From contig NIVC01001858.1 of NCBI GenBank assembly GCA_002269645.1, positions 1 to 53,942 on the forward strand: DNA of 53,942 nt. Reading direction: 5' to 3'. This document shows positions 1 to 11,627 of the stretch, one piece after another (position 1 is the first letter of the stretch; every line of letters begins with the position of its first letter). The position numbers and the translations under genes are program-made. The notes under the pieces were generated by a model. That model did no database searches. It was not told the origin of the DNA and saw only the letters and a list, made by a program, of their open reading frames with translations. The stretch comes from Macrostomum lignano. Lineage: Eukaryota.

Positions 1-239
1 CAGCTGTACTGTCAGTAGCTAAGTTTGCTCTTGTCACTGTATTTTGATGGGATAAAAAAGTTGATTTAAAAACCTGTTTTCAAAATCATGCCAGTATTTG
101 ACACTAATTACCTGTATCTGGCACCCATTGTCTTTATCTGACACTAATTTCCTGTATCTGACACCATTGTCTATATCTGACACTAATTTCCTATATCTCA
201 CACTAACTACCGATCTGACACCCAGTGCTTGTATCTGAC

Positions 240-1280
240 GGCTTAAATTTAGCATCTGACACTCAGTTTTAGCATTTGACACTCAGTTTTAGCATCTGAC
301 ACTCAGTTTTAGCATCTGACACTCAGTTTTAGCATCTGACACTCAATTTTAGCATTTGACACTCAATTTAGCATCTGACACTCAATTTTAGCATCTGACA
401 CTCAGTTTTAGCATCTGGACACTCAGCGATTTTAGCATCTGACACTCAGTTTTAGCATCTGACACTCAATTTTAGCATTTGACACTCAATTTTTAGCATC
501 TGACACTCAGTTTTAGCATCTGACACTCAGCGATTTTAGCATCTGACACTCAGTTTTAGCATCTGACACTCAATTTTAGCATCTGACACTCAGTTTAGCA
601 TCTCTCACTCAGTTTTAGCATCTGACACTCAAGCGATTTTAGCATCTGACACTCAATTTTAGCATCTGACACTCAGTTTAGCATCTGACACTCAATTTTA
701 GCATCTGACACTCAGTTTAGCATCTGACACTCAGCGATTTTAGCATCTGACACTCAGCGATTTTAGCATCTGACACTCAGCGATTTTAGCATCTGACACT
801 CAGCGATTTTAGCATCTGACACTCAGGAGCATCTGACACTCAGTGATTTTAGCATCTGACACTCAATGCCAGCATCTGACACTCAGCGATTTAGCATCTG
901 ACACTCAAGCCAGCATCTGACACTCAACGATTTAGCATCTGACACTCAATGCCAGCATCTGACACTCAACGATTTTAGCATCTGACACTCAATGCCAGCA
1001 CCTGACACTCAACAATTTTTAGCATCTGACATCAATGCCAGCATCTGACACTAAACGATTTTAGCATCTGACACTCAATGCCAGCATCTGACACTCAACG
1101 ATTTTAGCATCTGACACACAATGCAGCATCTGACACTCAATGCCAGCATCTGACACTCAATGCCAGCATCTGACACTCAATGCCAGCATCTGACACTCAA
1201 TGCCAGCATCTGACACTCGACGATTTTAGCATCTGACACTCAATGCCAGCATCTGACACTCAATGCCAGCATCTGACACT
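240..1280. repeat. Minisatellite, ~19-22-bp unit with core agcatctgacactca
   Basis: Direct tandem repeats. The unit drifts from ttttagcatctgacactcag to atgccagcatctgacactca along the array, with a degenerate lead-in from ~95. Confidence 0.95.
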
Positions 1281-1681
1281 CATTGTTGGTATCAATTTCG
1301 CAGGCTCTCAGTCTCAAGCACAAGCGCATACGCATACATACGCTCGCATATGCTTTCATTCACAAATCTATCTAACCCTTGCAAATCGTACAGTTCAGTG
1401 TACACTGGTCCGCATGCCTACCAGTACAGGCTGCGTAAAGGCGTACAAGTACACTGCACTCACGCATGCCACTGGAGCAGTGCGTACACCATTGAGCAAG
1501 GAAAATCTGGATGGGGTGTGTGAGACGCATCGCTCAGTGAGAGCACTGCCCGCCCATGCTCTCTCATCCACACTTCTCTCTCCTCGGTCGGTAATAAAAT
1601 GGACGGCTCACAGCAAGAAAGTTTTGAGCGAGCCTGCAATCCAGAGAAGGCCTTTAATTTGCAGAAGAGGCAAATAAAATC

Positions 1682-4600
1682 ATGCCGAATGCCAGGCAGC
1701 TGCACATTCTGCACTTCAACGACGTGTACACACATCGAGCCAGCCGGCACAATCGGCGGCGCTGCCAGGTTCGTCACGGCGCTGCGCTCTTTCGCCGAGC
1801 TCCAACCTCTGGTGCTCTTCTCCGGCGACGTGTTCAGCCCGTCGACTATCAGCACGGCGACCCGCGGCCAGCATCTGGTCCAGGTGCTCAAAGCCTGCAA
1901 CATCGACGCCGCGTTTTTGGCAATCACGACTTCGACTTTGCGTGGACAATCTGGTGCAGTGCAGCCAGGAGACCGGATTTCCCTGGCTGCTGTCCAACAT
2001 CATCGACAGGGAGACTGGCAGGCCGCTGGCCGAAGGCCTCGAGACCGTCTGCATCGACCATCGCGCCTCCGACTGCGGATTGGCATCGTGGGTCTGGTGG
2101 AGCTGAGGGGTGGATACCCTGTCCACCGTAGACCCGGAGGACATCCGTTTCTTTGATTTCTGCACCCGAGGCGAGCAGCTGGCCGCCAAGCTGAAGTCTG
2201 AGCAGTCCTGCGACCTGGTGATCGCACTGACCCACATGCGCTGGCCTAACGATAGGAAGCTGGCCCGGGCGGCTCACCACATCGACATCATTCTGGGTAG
2301 GGCTCCGGGACTGCTTGGGATTTTGTAGGATAGGGCTCTGTAGGTAGGGTTCCCTGGGTTTATCCGATTGGTTCTTCCCACAGATTATCTGGTAGGATCT
2401 CCGCTGAGATTATCTGGTAGGATCTCCGCTGAGATTAACTGGTAGGACTCCCCAGAGATTATCTGGTAGGATTTCCCTGAGATTATCTTATAGGTTCTCC
2501 CCTGAGATTATCTGATAGGTTCTCGCTTGAGATTATCTGGTAGGATCTCCCCAGAGATTATCTGATAGGTTCTCCCCTAAGATTATCTGATAGGTTCTCC
2601 CCTGAGTTTTTTCGGGTGTGGGATCTCATCTGAGATAATCGGGTGGGGCTCTTCCCTAAGATTATCTGGTAGGATCTCCCCTGAGATTATCTGATAGGTT
2701 CTCCCCTGAGATTATCTGATAGGTTCTACCCTGAGTTTTTCGGGTGTGGGATCTCATCTGAGATTATCGGTGGGGATCTCATCTGGATTATCGGGTGGGG
2801 ATTTCACTGAGAAATTGGATGGTTCTCTCGGATTACCTGGGACTATCATGTGGGCTCTAAACTTATAAGATAATAAATAAAACCTCTCTGACACTCGCAA
2901 GGCGGTCACGATCACAATTACGGCATCGAGTTTGTGAACAACAGAGCGATCGTGAAGAGCGGCACGGACTTCCGCCAGTTCAGCGTGTCAGCCTCTCTAT
3001 CGATAAGTCTTCGCCACTCGAAGTCAAGATACAGACTGTGGACGTTGACAGCTCGAAATACAGCGAAGATCCGGAGGTGGCCAAGGCTGTTGAGGTTAGG
3101 ATGTTCACTCAATCTAGCCTGGAGATCTATTTCACTCCATCTGGTCCGGAGGTCTATTCTCACTTCATCTTGTCTGGAAATCTATTCTCACTTCATCTTG
3201 TCTGGAGATCTATTCTCACTCCATCTTGTCTGGAGATCTATTCTCACTCCATCTTGTCTGGAGATCTATTCTCACTCCATCTGATCCGGAGGTCTATTCT
3301 CACTCCATCTGGTCTAAATTAAATCTATTCTCACTCTATCTGGTCTGGAGATCTATTCTAACTTTAGCTGGTCTATGGGAAATCTATTCTCACTCCATCT
3401 TGTCTAGAGATCTATTCTAACTTTAGCTGATCTATAGGAAATCTATTCTCGCTCCATCTGGTCCGGAGATCTTTTCTCATCCATCCATTTGTCTGGAGAA
3501 GATCTGTTCTCACTTTAACTGGTCTATATGAAATCTATTCTCACTCCATCTGGTCTATATGAAATCTATTCTCACTCCATCTTGTCTGGAGATCCATTAT
3601 TGAAGTAAGATGTCGAAATAATCAACCTCTTTTTTTCTCAGTTTCTAATCTTTCATTCCATCTCCAGCTAGCATCCAATGTCACCCACCGCTCCCACCGC
3701 CACAGAGTCACGTGGAGAACCTGGAGAAGAGCATGCAGCGCGTGCTGGGCCAGGTGGACTGCCCCCTGGAGTGCCGGTTCGAGCACATTCGCACCAAGGA
3801 GACCAACATGGGAAACTTCATGTGCGACATCGTGCTCACCGCGCTGCAGGCGGACTTCGTGCTGGTCAACTCCGGCTCGTTCAGGGCCGATTGTGTTGTG
3901 CCGGCTGGTGACTTCCGGCTGGGGGATCTCAGCCGCCTGTTCCCCATGTTGGACCCCCTGGTGGTGATCAGCATCGACGGCCGAACCCTGCTGGCCGCCC
4001 TGGAGAACGGCGTCTCCATGTGGCCCGCGCTGGAGGGCCGATTCCCTCAGGTTGGGTGGAATCCGCCCCTTACTCACATTGAATCCGCCCCTTATTCACA
4101 TTGAATCCGCCCCTTAATCACATTGAATCCGCCCCTAACTCTCCATGAATCCGCCCCCTAATTCCCGAAGAAACTTTCTCCTCACTCCCATGAATCCGCC
4201 CCATAACTCTCATGAATCCGCCCCCTAACTCCCATGAATCCGCCCCTCAAATCCCATGAATCCGCCCCTCACTCCCCATGAATCCGCCCCTCAGCCCCTC
4301 ACTCCCCATGAATCCACCCCTCACTCCCCATGAATCCGCCCCTCACTTCCCATGAATCCGCCCCTCACTCCCCATGAATCCCCCCTCACTCCCATGAATC
4401 CGCCCCTCACTCCCATGAATCCAGCCCCTCACTCCCCATGAATCCACCCCTCACTCCCATGAATCCGCCCCTCAGCCCTCACTCCCCATGAATCCCCCTC
4501 ACTCCCCATGAATCCCCCTCACTCCCCATGAATCCGCCCCTCACTCCCCATGAATCCCCCCTCACTCCCATGAATCCCCCCTCACTCCCCATGAATCCGC

Positions 4601-6366
4601 TCCTCACTCCCCATGAATCCCCCTCACTCCCCATGAATCCGCCCTCACTCCCCATGAATCCGCCCCTCACTCCCCATGAATCCGCCCCTCACCCCATGAA
4701 TCCGCCCCTCACTCATATGAATCCGCCCCTCACTCCCCATGAATCCGCCCTCACTCCCCATGAATCCGCCCCTCACTCCCCATGAATCCGCCCCTCACTC
4801 CCCATGAATCCGCCCCTCACTCCCCATGAATCCGCCCCTCACTCCCCATGAATCCGCCCCTCACTCCCCATGAATCCGCCCCTCACTCCCATGAATCCGC
4901 CCCTCACTTCCCATGAATCCGCCCTCACTCCCCATGAATCCGCCCCTCACTTCCCATGAATCCGCCCCTCACTTCCCATGAATCCGCCCCTCACTCCCAT
5001 GAATCCGCCCCTCACTCCCCATGAATCCGCCCTCACTTCCCATGAATCCGCCCCTCACTTCCCATGAATCCGCCCCTCACTCCCCATGAATCCGCCCCTC
5101 ACTCCCATGAATCCGCCCCTCACTTCCCATGAATCCGCCCCTCACTTCCCATGAATCCGCCCCTCACTCCCATGAATCCGCCCCTCACTCTCCATGAATC
5201 CCCCCTCACTCCCATGAATCCGCCCCTCACTTCCCATGAATCCGCCCCTCACTTCCCATGAATCCGCCCCTCACTTCCCATGAATCCGCCCCTCACTCCC
5301 CATGAATCCGCCCCTCACTTCCCATGAATCCGCCCCTCACTTCCCATGAATCCGCCCCTCACTTCCCATGAATCCGCCCCTCACTTCCCATGAATCCGCC
5401 CCTCACTCCCCATGAATCCGCCCCTCACTCCCCATGAATCCGCCCCTCACTTCCCATGAATCCGCCCCTCACTTCCCATGAATCCGCCCCTCACTCCCCA
5501 TGAATCCGCCCCTCACTCTCCATGAATCCGCCCCTCACTCCCATGAATCCGCCCTCACTTCCCATGAATCCGCCCCTCACTCCCCATGAATCCGCCCCTC
5601 ACTTCCCAAGAATCCGCCCCTCACTCCCCATGAATCCGCCCCTCACTAATCCCCATGAATCCGCCCCTCACTCTCCATGAATCCGCCCCTCACTCCCCAT
5701 GAATCCGCCCCTCACTCCCCATGAATCCGCCCCTCACTTCCCATGAATCCGCCCCTCACTCCCCTCCGCGCAGGTATCCGGCCTGCGCTTCCGCTTCGAC
5801 GGCACGCGGCCCCCGGTAGCAGGGTCGACCCATCCAGCGTCCAAATCGGTGACAAGCCGATGGTTGCCGACACGCAGTACCGCATGGCAACCAAATATTA
5901 CCTGTACTGCGGCAAGGACGGCTACGACATGCTGCCCGGCTGCCAGCTGCTGGTCGACGACGAGGACGGGCCGGTGTGGAGCGTGGCGGTGCAGAACTAC
6001 TTCACCGCCAGCGGGGTGCTGCGCGGCTGGCTGCAGCTGAAGAACCGGCACCGCTGCCGCCTGCGGCCAATGAACCGTCGACTGTCCTGCGTGTGGACAG
6101 CCGGCCGGAGACGGAGCCGGAAACTGCCGGGCCACCGCGACCAAGCGGTCCCGGCTGAGAAAAAATCCGCGCGAGAATTGGGCCACTGTGCGCCGGAGTT
6201 CGCGCCCTGCGCCGCGGCAGAATCCAATTCGACTGATGAGGAGCCGGCTTTTGCGGCGCCGCGGCCGAGCGTGGAGGGCCGCATTGTGGAGACCTCCGGG
6301 CTGGCGGCCGGGGACGGGGAAACCGGCCGAGGCGATGAAGAGGATCAGCGGGAGGCTGGGGAGTGA
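1682..6366 (+). CDS. 5'-nucleotidase / calcineurin-like metallophosphoesterase + 5'-nucleotidase C-terminal domain, no signal peptide (4 exons; several 1-nt indels)
   Basis: Exons ~1682-2296, 2902-3094, 3706-4050, 5774-6366. Motifs across frames: LHILHFNDVY, GGAARF, LFSGDVFSPS, FGNHDFDF, LTHMRWPND, ILGGHDH, VKSGTDFRQFS, IRTKETNMGN, NSGSFRAD, LENGVS, EGRFPQVSGLRFRFD, GKDGYDML. At least 6 frameshifts must be corrected. The exon 2 acceptor reads AAG. Confidence 0.88.
2380..2810. repeat. Intronic minisatellite, ~25-bp unit gagattatctggtaggatctcccct
   Basis: Tandem repeats filling intron 1 of the nucleotidase gene. Confidence 0.9.
3105..3595. repeat. Intronic minisatellite, ~28-bp unit ggagatctattctcactccatcttgtct
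   Basis: Tandem repeats filling intron 2 of the nucleotidase gene. Confidence 0.9.
4058..5763. repeat. Intronic minisatellite, 22-23-bp unit catgaatccgcccctcactccc
   Basis: About 1.7 kb of tandem repeats filling intron 3 from just after the GT donor (4051) almost to the CAG acceptor (5773). Confidence 0.95.
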
Positions 6367-7261
6367 GGCCGCCAACTGGGAGCCAAAAAACAGCTCAATT
6401 CATCAGCTAAATAGGAAATTTTCAGTTTTATTGCCAATCGAGTCTCGACTCAACTCGGAACAATTTGTGTCCTTGAGCAAGACGCTTAACTCTGCATTGC
6501 TTCAGTTCACTCAACTGTAAAATGGGTGCCAGCATTGAGGGTGTGTCTGGCGACCCCCCAGTCACATCTGCTCATAAGGGCAGGTGTAATCAATAATTAT
6601 ATTCCCACTAAAGCGAAAATCGAAGCCAAGGGCCCCAAGGCGACATCGGGGCCATTCAAAATAGATCCGCATTATTTTGAAGTGCGTCAAAACGGGTCCT
6701 TGGTACTAACCAATTACCAGCAAAATTTGCATGAAGCTAAACAAATATTCTATTTATTAGTTCCTATATTATAATTCAAACTCACACGTCAATCCTACTC
6801 ATTAGTTAAGTAGTATGCTGTAAGTTTTTTATAGTTATATTTGCAAAATCAGCTTCCTTGTGCTACTAAATTTTATAATTTTTCACTTGAAAGGTGCTTT
6901 GTTTGCCTATGTAATCTCTGGGTTCGTGTGGCTTCAGTTGTAGAGTAAGATTACGCTTTTTTTTAGATATTAATCAAATTTTAATTAGCTAGATAAAATA
7001 TTTTAGTAGCATTGGAATAAGCTGCACCCTTTTCAAATTTGTTTGTCATTCCTTCTGTTAGTTTTTCTATAGTGTCGTATTTTCTTACTGCAACTGTCAA
7101 TCACCTTCTGCACTACTCGCTCCCATTATGCTGTGCCCAGATAGAAATTGAAATACAGTCTGCATACTTTTTGCATGCAATTTATGGACACGGATTTCTA
7201 TCTTGAAAATGGAAGCTGGTAAATATGCTGATCATATGTTCGAATTTGGCCCTTTATCTTG

Positions 7262-9070
7262 TACTCCAGTCAGTGTCTCTTCTACTCCAGTCAGTGACTC
7301 TTCTACTCCAGTCAGTGTCTCTTCTACTCCAGTCAGTGACTCTTCTACTCCAGTCAGTGTCTCTTCTACTCCAGTCAGTGTCTCTTCTACTCCAGTCAGT
7401 GACTCTTCTACTCCAGTCAGTGACTCTTCTACTCCAGTCAGTGACTCTTCTACTCCAGTCAGTGTCTCTTCTACTCCAGTCAGTGACTCTTCTACTCCAG
7501 TCAGTGTCTCTTCTACTCCAGTCAGTGACTCTTCTACTCCAGTCAGTGACTCTTCTACTCCAGTCAGTGACTCTTCTACTCCAGTCAGTGACTCTTCTAC
7601 TCCAGTCAGTGTCTCTTCTACTCCAGTCAGTGACTCTTCTACTCCAGTCAGTGTCTCTTCTACTCCAGTCAGTGTCTCTTCTACTCCAGTCAGTGTCTCT
7701 TCTACTCCAGTCAGTGTCTCTTCTACTCCAGTCAGTGTCTCTTCTACTCCAGTCAGTGTCTCTTCTACTCCAGTCAGTGTCTCTTCTACTCCAGTCAGTG
7801 TCTCTTCTACTCCAGTCAGTGACTCTTCTACTCCAGTCAGTGACTCTTCTACTCCAGTCAGTGTCTCTTCTACTCCAGTCAGTGACTCTTCTACTCCAGT
7901 CAGTGACTCTTCTACTCCAGTCAGTGTCTCTTCTACTCCAGTCAGTGACTCTTCTACTCCAGTCAGTGTCTCTTCTACTCCAGTCAGTGTCTCTTCTACT
8001 CCAGTCAGTGACTCTTCTACTCCAGTCAGTGACTCTTCTACTCCAGTCAGTGTCTCTTCTACTCCAGTCAGTGTCTCTTCTACTCCAGTCAGTGACTCTT
8101 CTACTCCAGTCAGTGACTCTTCTACTCCAGTCAGTGACTCTTCTACTCCAGTCAGTGTCTCTTCTACTCCAGTCAGTGTCTCTTCTACTCCAGTCAGTGA
8201 CTCTTCTACTCCAGTCAGTGACTCTTCTACTCCAGTCAGTGACTCTTCTACTCCAGTCAGTGACTCTTCTACTCCAGTCAGTGTCTCTTCTACTCCAGTC
8301 AGTGTCTCTTCTACTCCAGTCAGTGTCTCTTCTACTCCAGTCAGTGTCTCTTCTACTCCAGTCAGTGTCTCTTCTACTCCAGTCAGTGTCTCTTCTACTC
8401 CAGTCAGTGACTCTTCTACTCCAGTCAGTGACTCTTCTACTCCAGTCAGTGACTCTTCTACTCCAGTCAGTGTCTCTTCTACTCCAGTCAGTGACTCTTC
8501 TACTCCAGTCAGTGACTCTTCTACTCCAGTCAGTGTCTCTTCTACTCCAGTCAGTGTCTCTTCTACTCCAGTCAGTGACTCTTCTACTCCAGTCAGTGAC
8601 TCTTCTACTCCAGTCAGTGTCTCTTCTACTCCAGTCAGTGACTCTTCTACTCCAGTCAGTGACTCTTCTACTCCAGTCAGTGACTCTTCTACTCCAGTCA
8701 GTGACTCTTCTACTCCAGTCAGTGACTCTTCTACTCCAGTCAGTGACTCTTCTACTCCAGTCAGTGACTCTTCTACTCCAGTCAGTGACTCTTCTACTCC
8801 AGTCAGTGTCTCTTCTACTCCAGTCAGTGACTCTTCTACTCCAGTCAGTGACTCTTCTACTCCAGTCAGTGACTCTTCTACTCCAGTCAGTGACTCTTCT
8901 ACTCCAGTCAGTGACTCTTCTACTCCAGTCAGTGACTCTTCTACTCCAGTCAGTGTCTCTTCTACTCCAGTCAGTGTCTCTTCTACTCCAGTCAGTGTCT
9001 CTTCTACTCCAGTCAGTGTCTCTTCTACTCCAGTCAGTGTCTCTTCTACTCCAGTCAGTGACTCTTCTAC
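7262..9070. repeat. 21-bp minisatellite actccagtcagtg(t/a)ctcttct, ~86 units, two variants
   Basis: Near-perfect tandem array varying at a single A/T position. It produces the long repetitive ORFs on both strands. Confidence 0.97.
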
Positions 9071-9385
9071 TCCCCCCACACTCCAGTCACAGCCTCCCCC
9101 CACTCCAGTCACAGCCCCCCCACACTCCAGTCACAGCCTCCCCACACTCCAGTCACAGCCTCCCTCGCACTCCAGTCACAGCCTCCCTCGCACTCCAGTC
9201 ACAGCCTCCCTCGCACTCCAGTCACAGCCTCCCCACACTCCAGTCACAGCCTCCCTCGCACTCCAGTCACAGCCTCCCTCGCACTCCAGTCACAGCCTCC
9301 CCACACTCCAGTCACAGCCTCCCTCACACTCCAGTCACAGCCCCAGTCCAGTCACAGCCCCACTCCAGTCAAAGCCCCACTCCAA
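9071..9385. repeat. Related minisatellite cactccagtcacagcctccc(c/tcg)
   Basis: Abuts the 21-bp array and shares its actccagtca core. Confidence 0.9.
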
Positions 9386-10372
9386 TCACAGTATCTACAG
9401 CCAATGACTAGTGTTCACTATCACATTTTAGGTCACTTTTTCAATGGCAGGGACAGTCAGGGGTAACTCGTATGTGGGCTCCTGCAAATCCAAATTTGCG
9501 TTAATATTTCCTGTCCATCATCTGCTCTCTCTGAATACAAATCATCCATATCTTGTGCAAGCAAAATAGAAAATATAAAATTTTAATGTTAATTTATCAC
9601 AAGATTTAAAGTACAGATTATCAGATTAGCAGTAAAACAAAAAATCGGGGGAGTTGGGGTTGAGTTGAGGACTTTACAATGGGTCCATGGTGTCTTGGTA
9701 CCTCCTGTTGAAGGTCCAGAAGCTCCGCCTGGATGAAGGTCAGTGGCTACCGAAGTCAGACACATGTGGTCGACGTGCTGATGAAATTTGAAGGCTTGGC
9801 AAGGCTGCACTGAGGTGCAGTGCTGATTGGCGCACAGGGGTGTACTGAATACACTGGCGCTTATGGGAAAAATCCGACCTTCTGGCAGAGTTTTCGAATA
9901 CCTTGATGGTCCGGACGGCTGGCGACTTGATTCTTGTTTGAGAAGGTGCGCAACAAACCGCTGGCCCGTGTTCTTGAATTTCGTGTGCCTGCATTGCTCC
10001 GTTCCCGTTCTCTTGGTTGTTTGACAGGCGGAAAATGGCCGTTAGATTTATTGGTTTCTGTCCGACACCGACTAAACTGCGGTTATCAGCAACAATAAAT
10101 CCATAACTTTATTTCATTCAGTCTCCGAATAAAGTAAAAATTTGTTTTGGTAAAACAGCTGAACAGATGTTGAGCAGACTTGAGTCTACAACATACAACG
10201 AAATGAGGTCATTTTTCGTCACCTTTTCTTCGCCCTACAGCACCCGGGATTTTGCTTTCATAAGCTCAAAATTTCAATCGTCAAAATTATGAAACTTTTT
10301 TAGCTGTCCTGGTGGAAGTGACTGGCTAAGATTTTTCGAGGTTGCGCACTTTGAGATTGAGCTCATAGGGTG

Positions 10373-11008
10373 CAGGGGCGTCGCCGGGGGTCTTATGGTT
10401 GAGGTGGTTGGGGGGGGACAAAGTCAAGAATTCTACATGGACAATATTTTGAGAATAGGTGTTGTTAGCACTCATTTAGGCGCCCCAGGCAGGCACTCAC
10501 ATTGGCGCCGCAGGCACTCATTTTGGCGCCCCAGGCAGGCACTCACATTGGCGCCGCAGACACTCATTTTGGCGCCCCAGGCAGGCACTCACATTGGCGC
10601 TGCAGACACTCATTTTGGCGCCCCAGGCACTCATTTTGGCGCCACAGGCACTCATTTTGGCGCCACAGGCACTCATTTTGGCACCACAGGCACTCATTTT
10701 GGCGCCACAGGCAAGCACTCATTTTGGCGCCACAGGCACTCATTTTGGCGCCACAGGCAAGCACTCATTTTGGCGCCACAGGCACTCATTTAGGCGCCCC
10801 AGGCAGGCACTCACATTGGCGCCGCAGACACTCATTTTGGCGCCGCAGGCAGACACTTATTATGGCGCCACAGGCAGGCACTCATTTTGGCGCCGCAGAC
10901 ACTCATTTTGGCGCTCTGAAGCAAAACTATTGATTTCCACAACGGATCACAAAGTGGGGTGGAGGGGGGCAAAGCGTTGGCGTGTCCCCTATAGTTTTTA
11001 CGCCCCTG
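10373..11008. mobile_element. hAT-like non-autonomous element (MITE) with internal ~21-bp tandem repeat
   Basis: TIRs caggggcg (10373-10380) and cgcccctg (11001-11008). Flanks atagggtg / atggggtg match 7/8 as a TSD. Internal array ggcactcattttggcgccaca at ~10480-10920. Confidence 0.65.
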
Positions 11009-11271
11009 ATGGGGTGGCGGAGCAGCTCTGCGGTGAAGGCCCCTGGTTCGATCCCGTGACCGCCCACATTCGTTTGGGACTTCTGCATAAAAACTGGCAC
11101 ACCGGAGCACACCGGAATGGCCAGAATTGCCATCAGAGCTGGTTGTGGGAGGATGTCGCCAAAGGCGTTTCGCCAAGGTGGACAACCTAAAAATGAACTG
11201 CACAAGTATTTAGGGCGTTGCTGAACAGTTGCAGGATAAAACTCAAACCAAGGTCAGCGCAGTCCATTGTT

Positions 11272-11587
11272 TCAGAACTCGTCAAATTCCTCGCCGAACT
11301 GGTCGAACTGATCGCAGCCGATGTCCTCGCAGCCGATCTCGGTCTCCGGGAACATGCTGGCCTCCGGGTTGGGCTGGAAGTCCGGCTTGGCCGTCTGGTT
11401 CTGCAACGCGAAGAAGTCGATGGGATCGGCGGAGGAGCCGGAGCTGGCGAAGAACTGATGGCCGCGCAGTTCTCTGATGCCGGCGCGGCCGCAGCCGAGG
11501 CGGAGATTCAGACGGACGCTCAGCAGGCCGGAGATCATCCCGAACATGTGCTGCTGATCGCGATCGCCGCTCTGCCTGACTAACAGC

Positions 11588-11627
<40 letters not shown>

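Noticed and set aside
5734-6375. Antisense ORFs overlapping GC-rich exons (here and at 3622-4077, 13298-13828, 14801-15259, 28924-29586, 38682-39164)
   Set aside because: These are expected shadow ORFs of high-GC3 coding sequence.
7203-9411. 734-, 728- and 626-aa ORFs as real proteins
   Set aside because: They are by-products of a stop-free 21-bp repeat. There is no signal peptide or domain, and frames are open on both strands.
9640-10060. Moderately GC-rich, coding-looking stretch
   Set aside because: All frames are interrupted and no motif is recognised. It may be a decayed element, but I cannot support a call.
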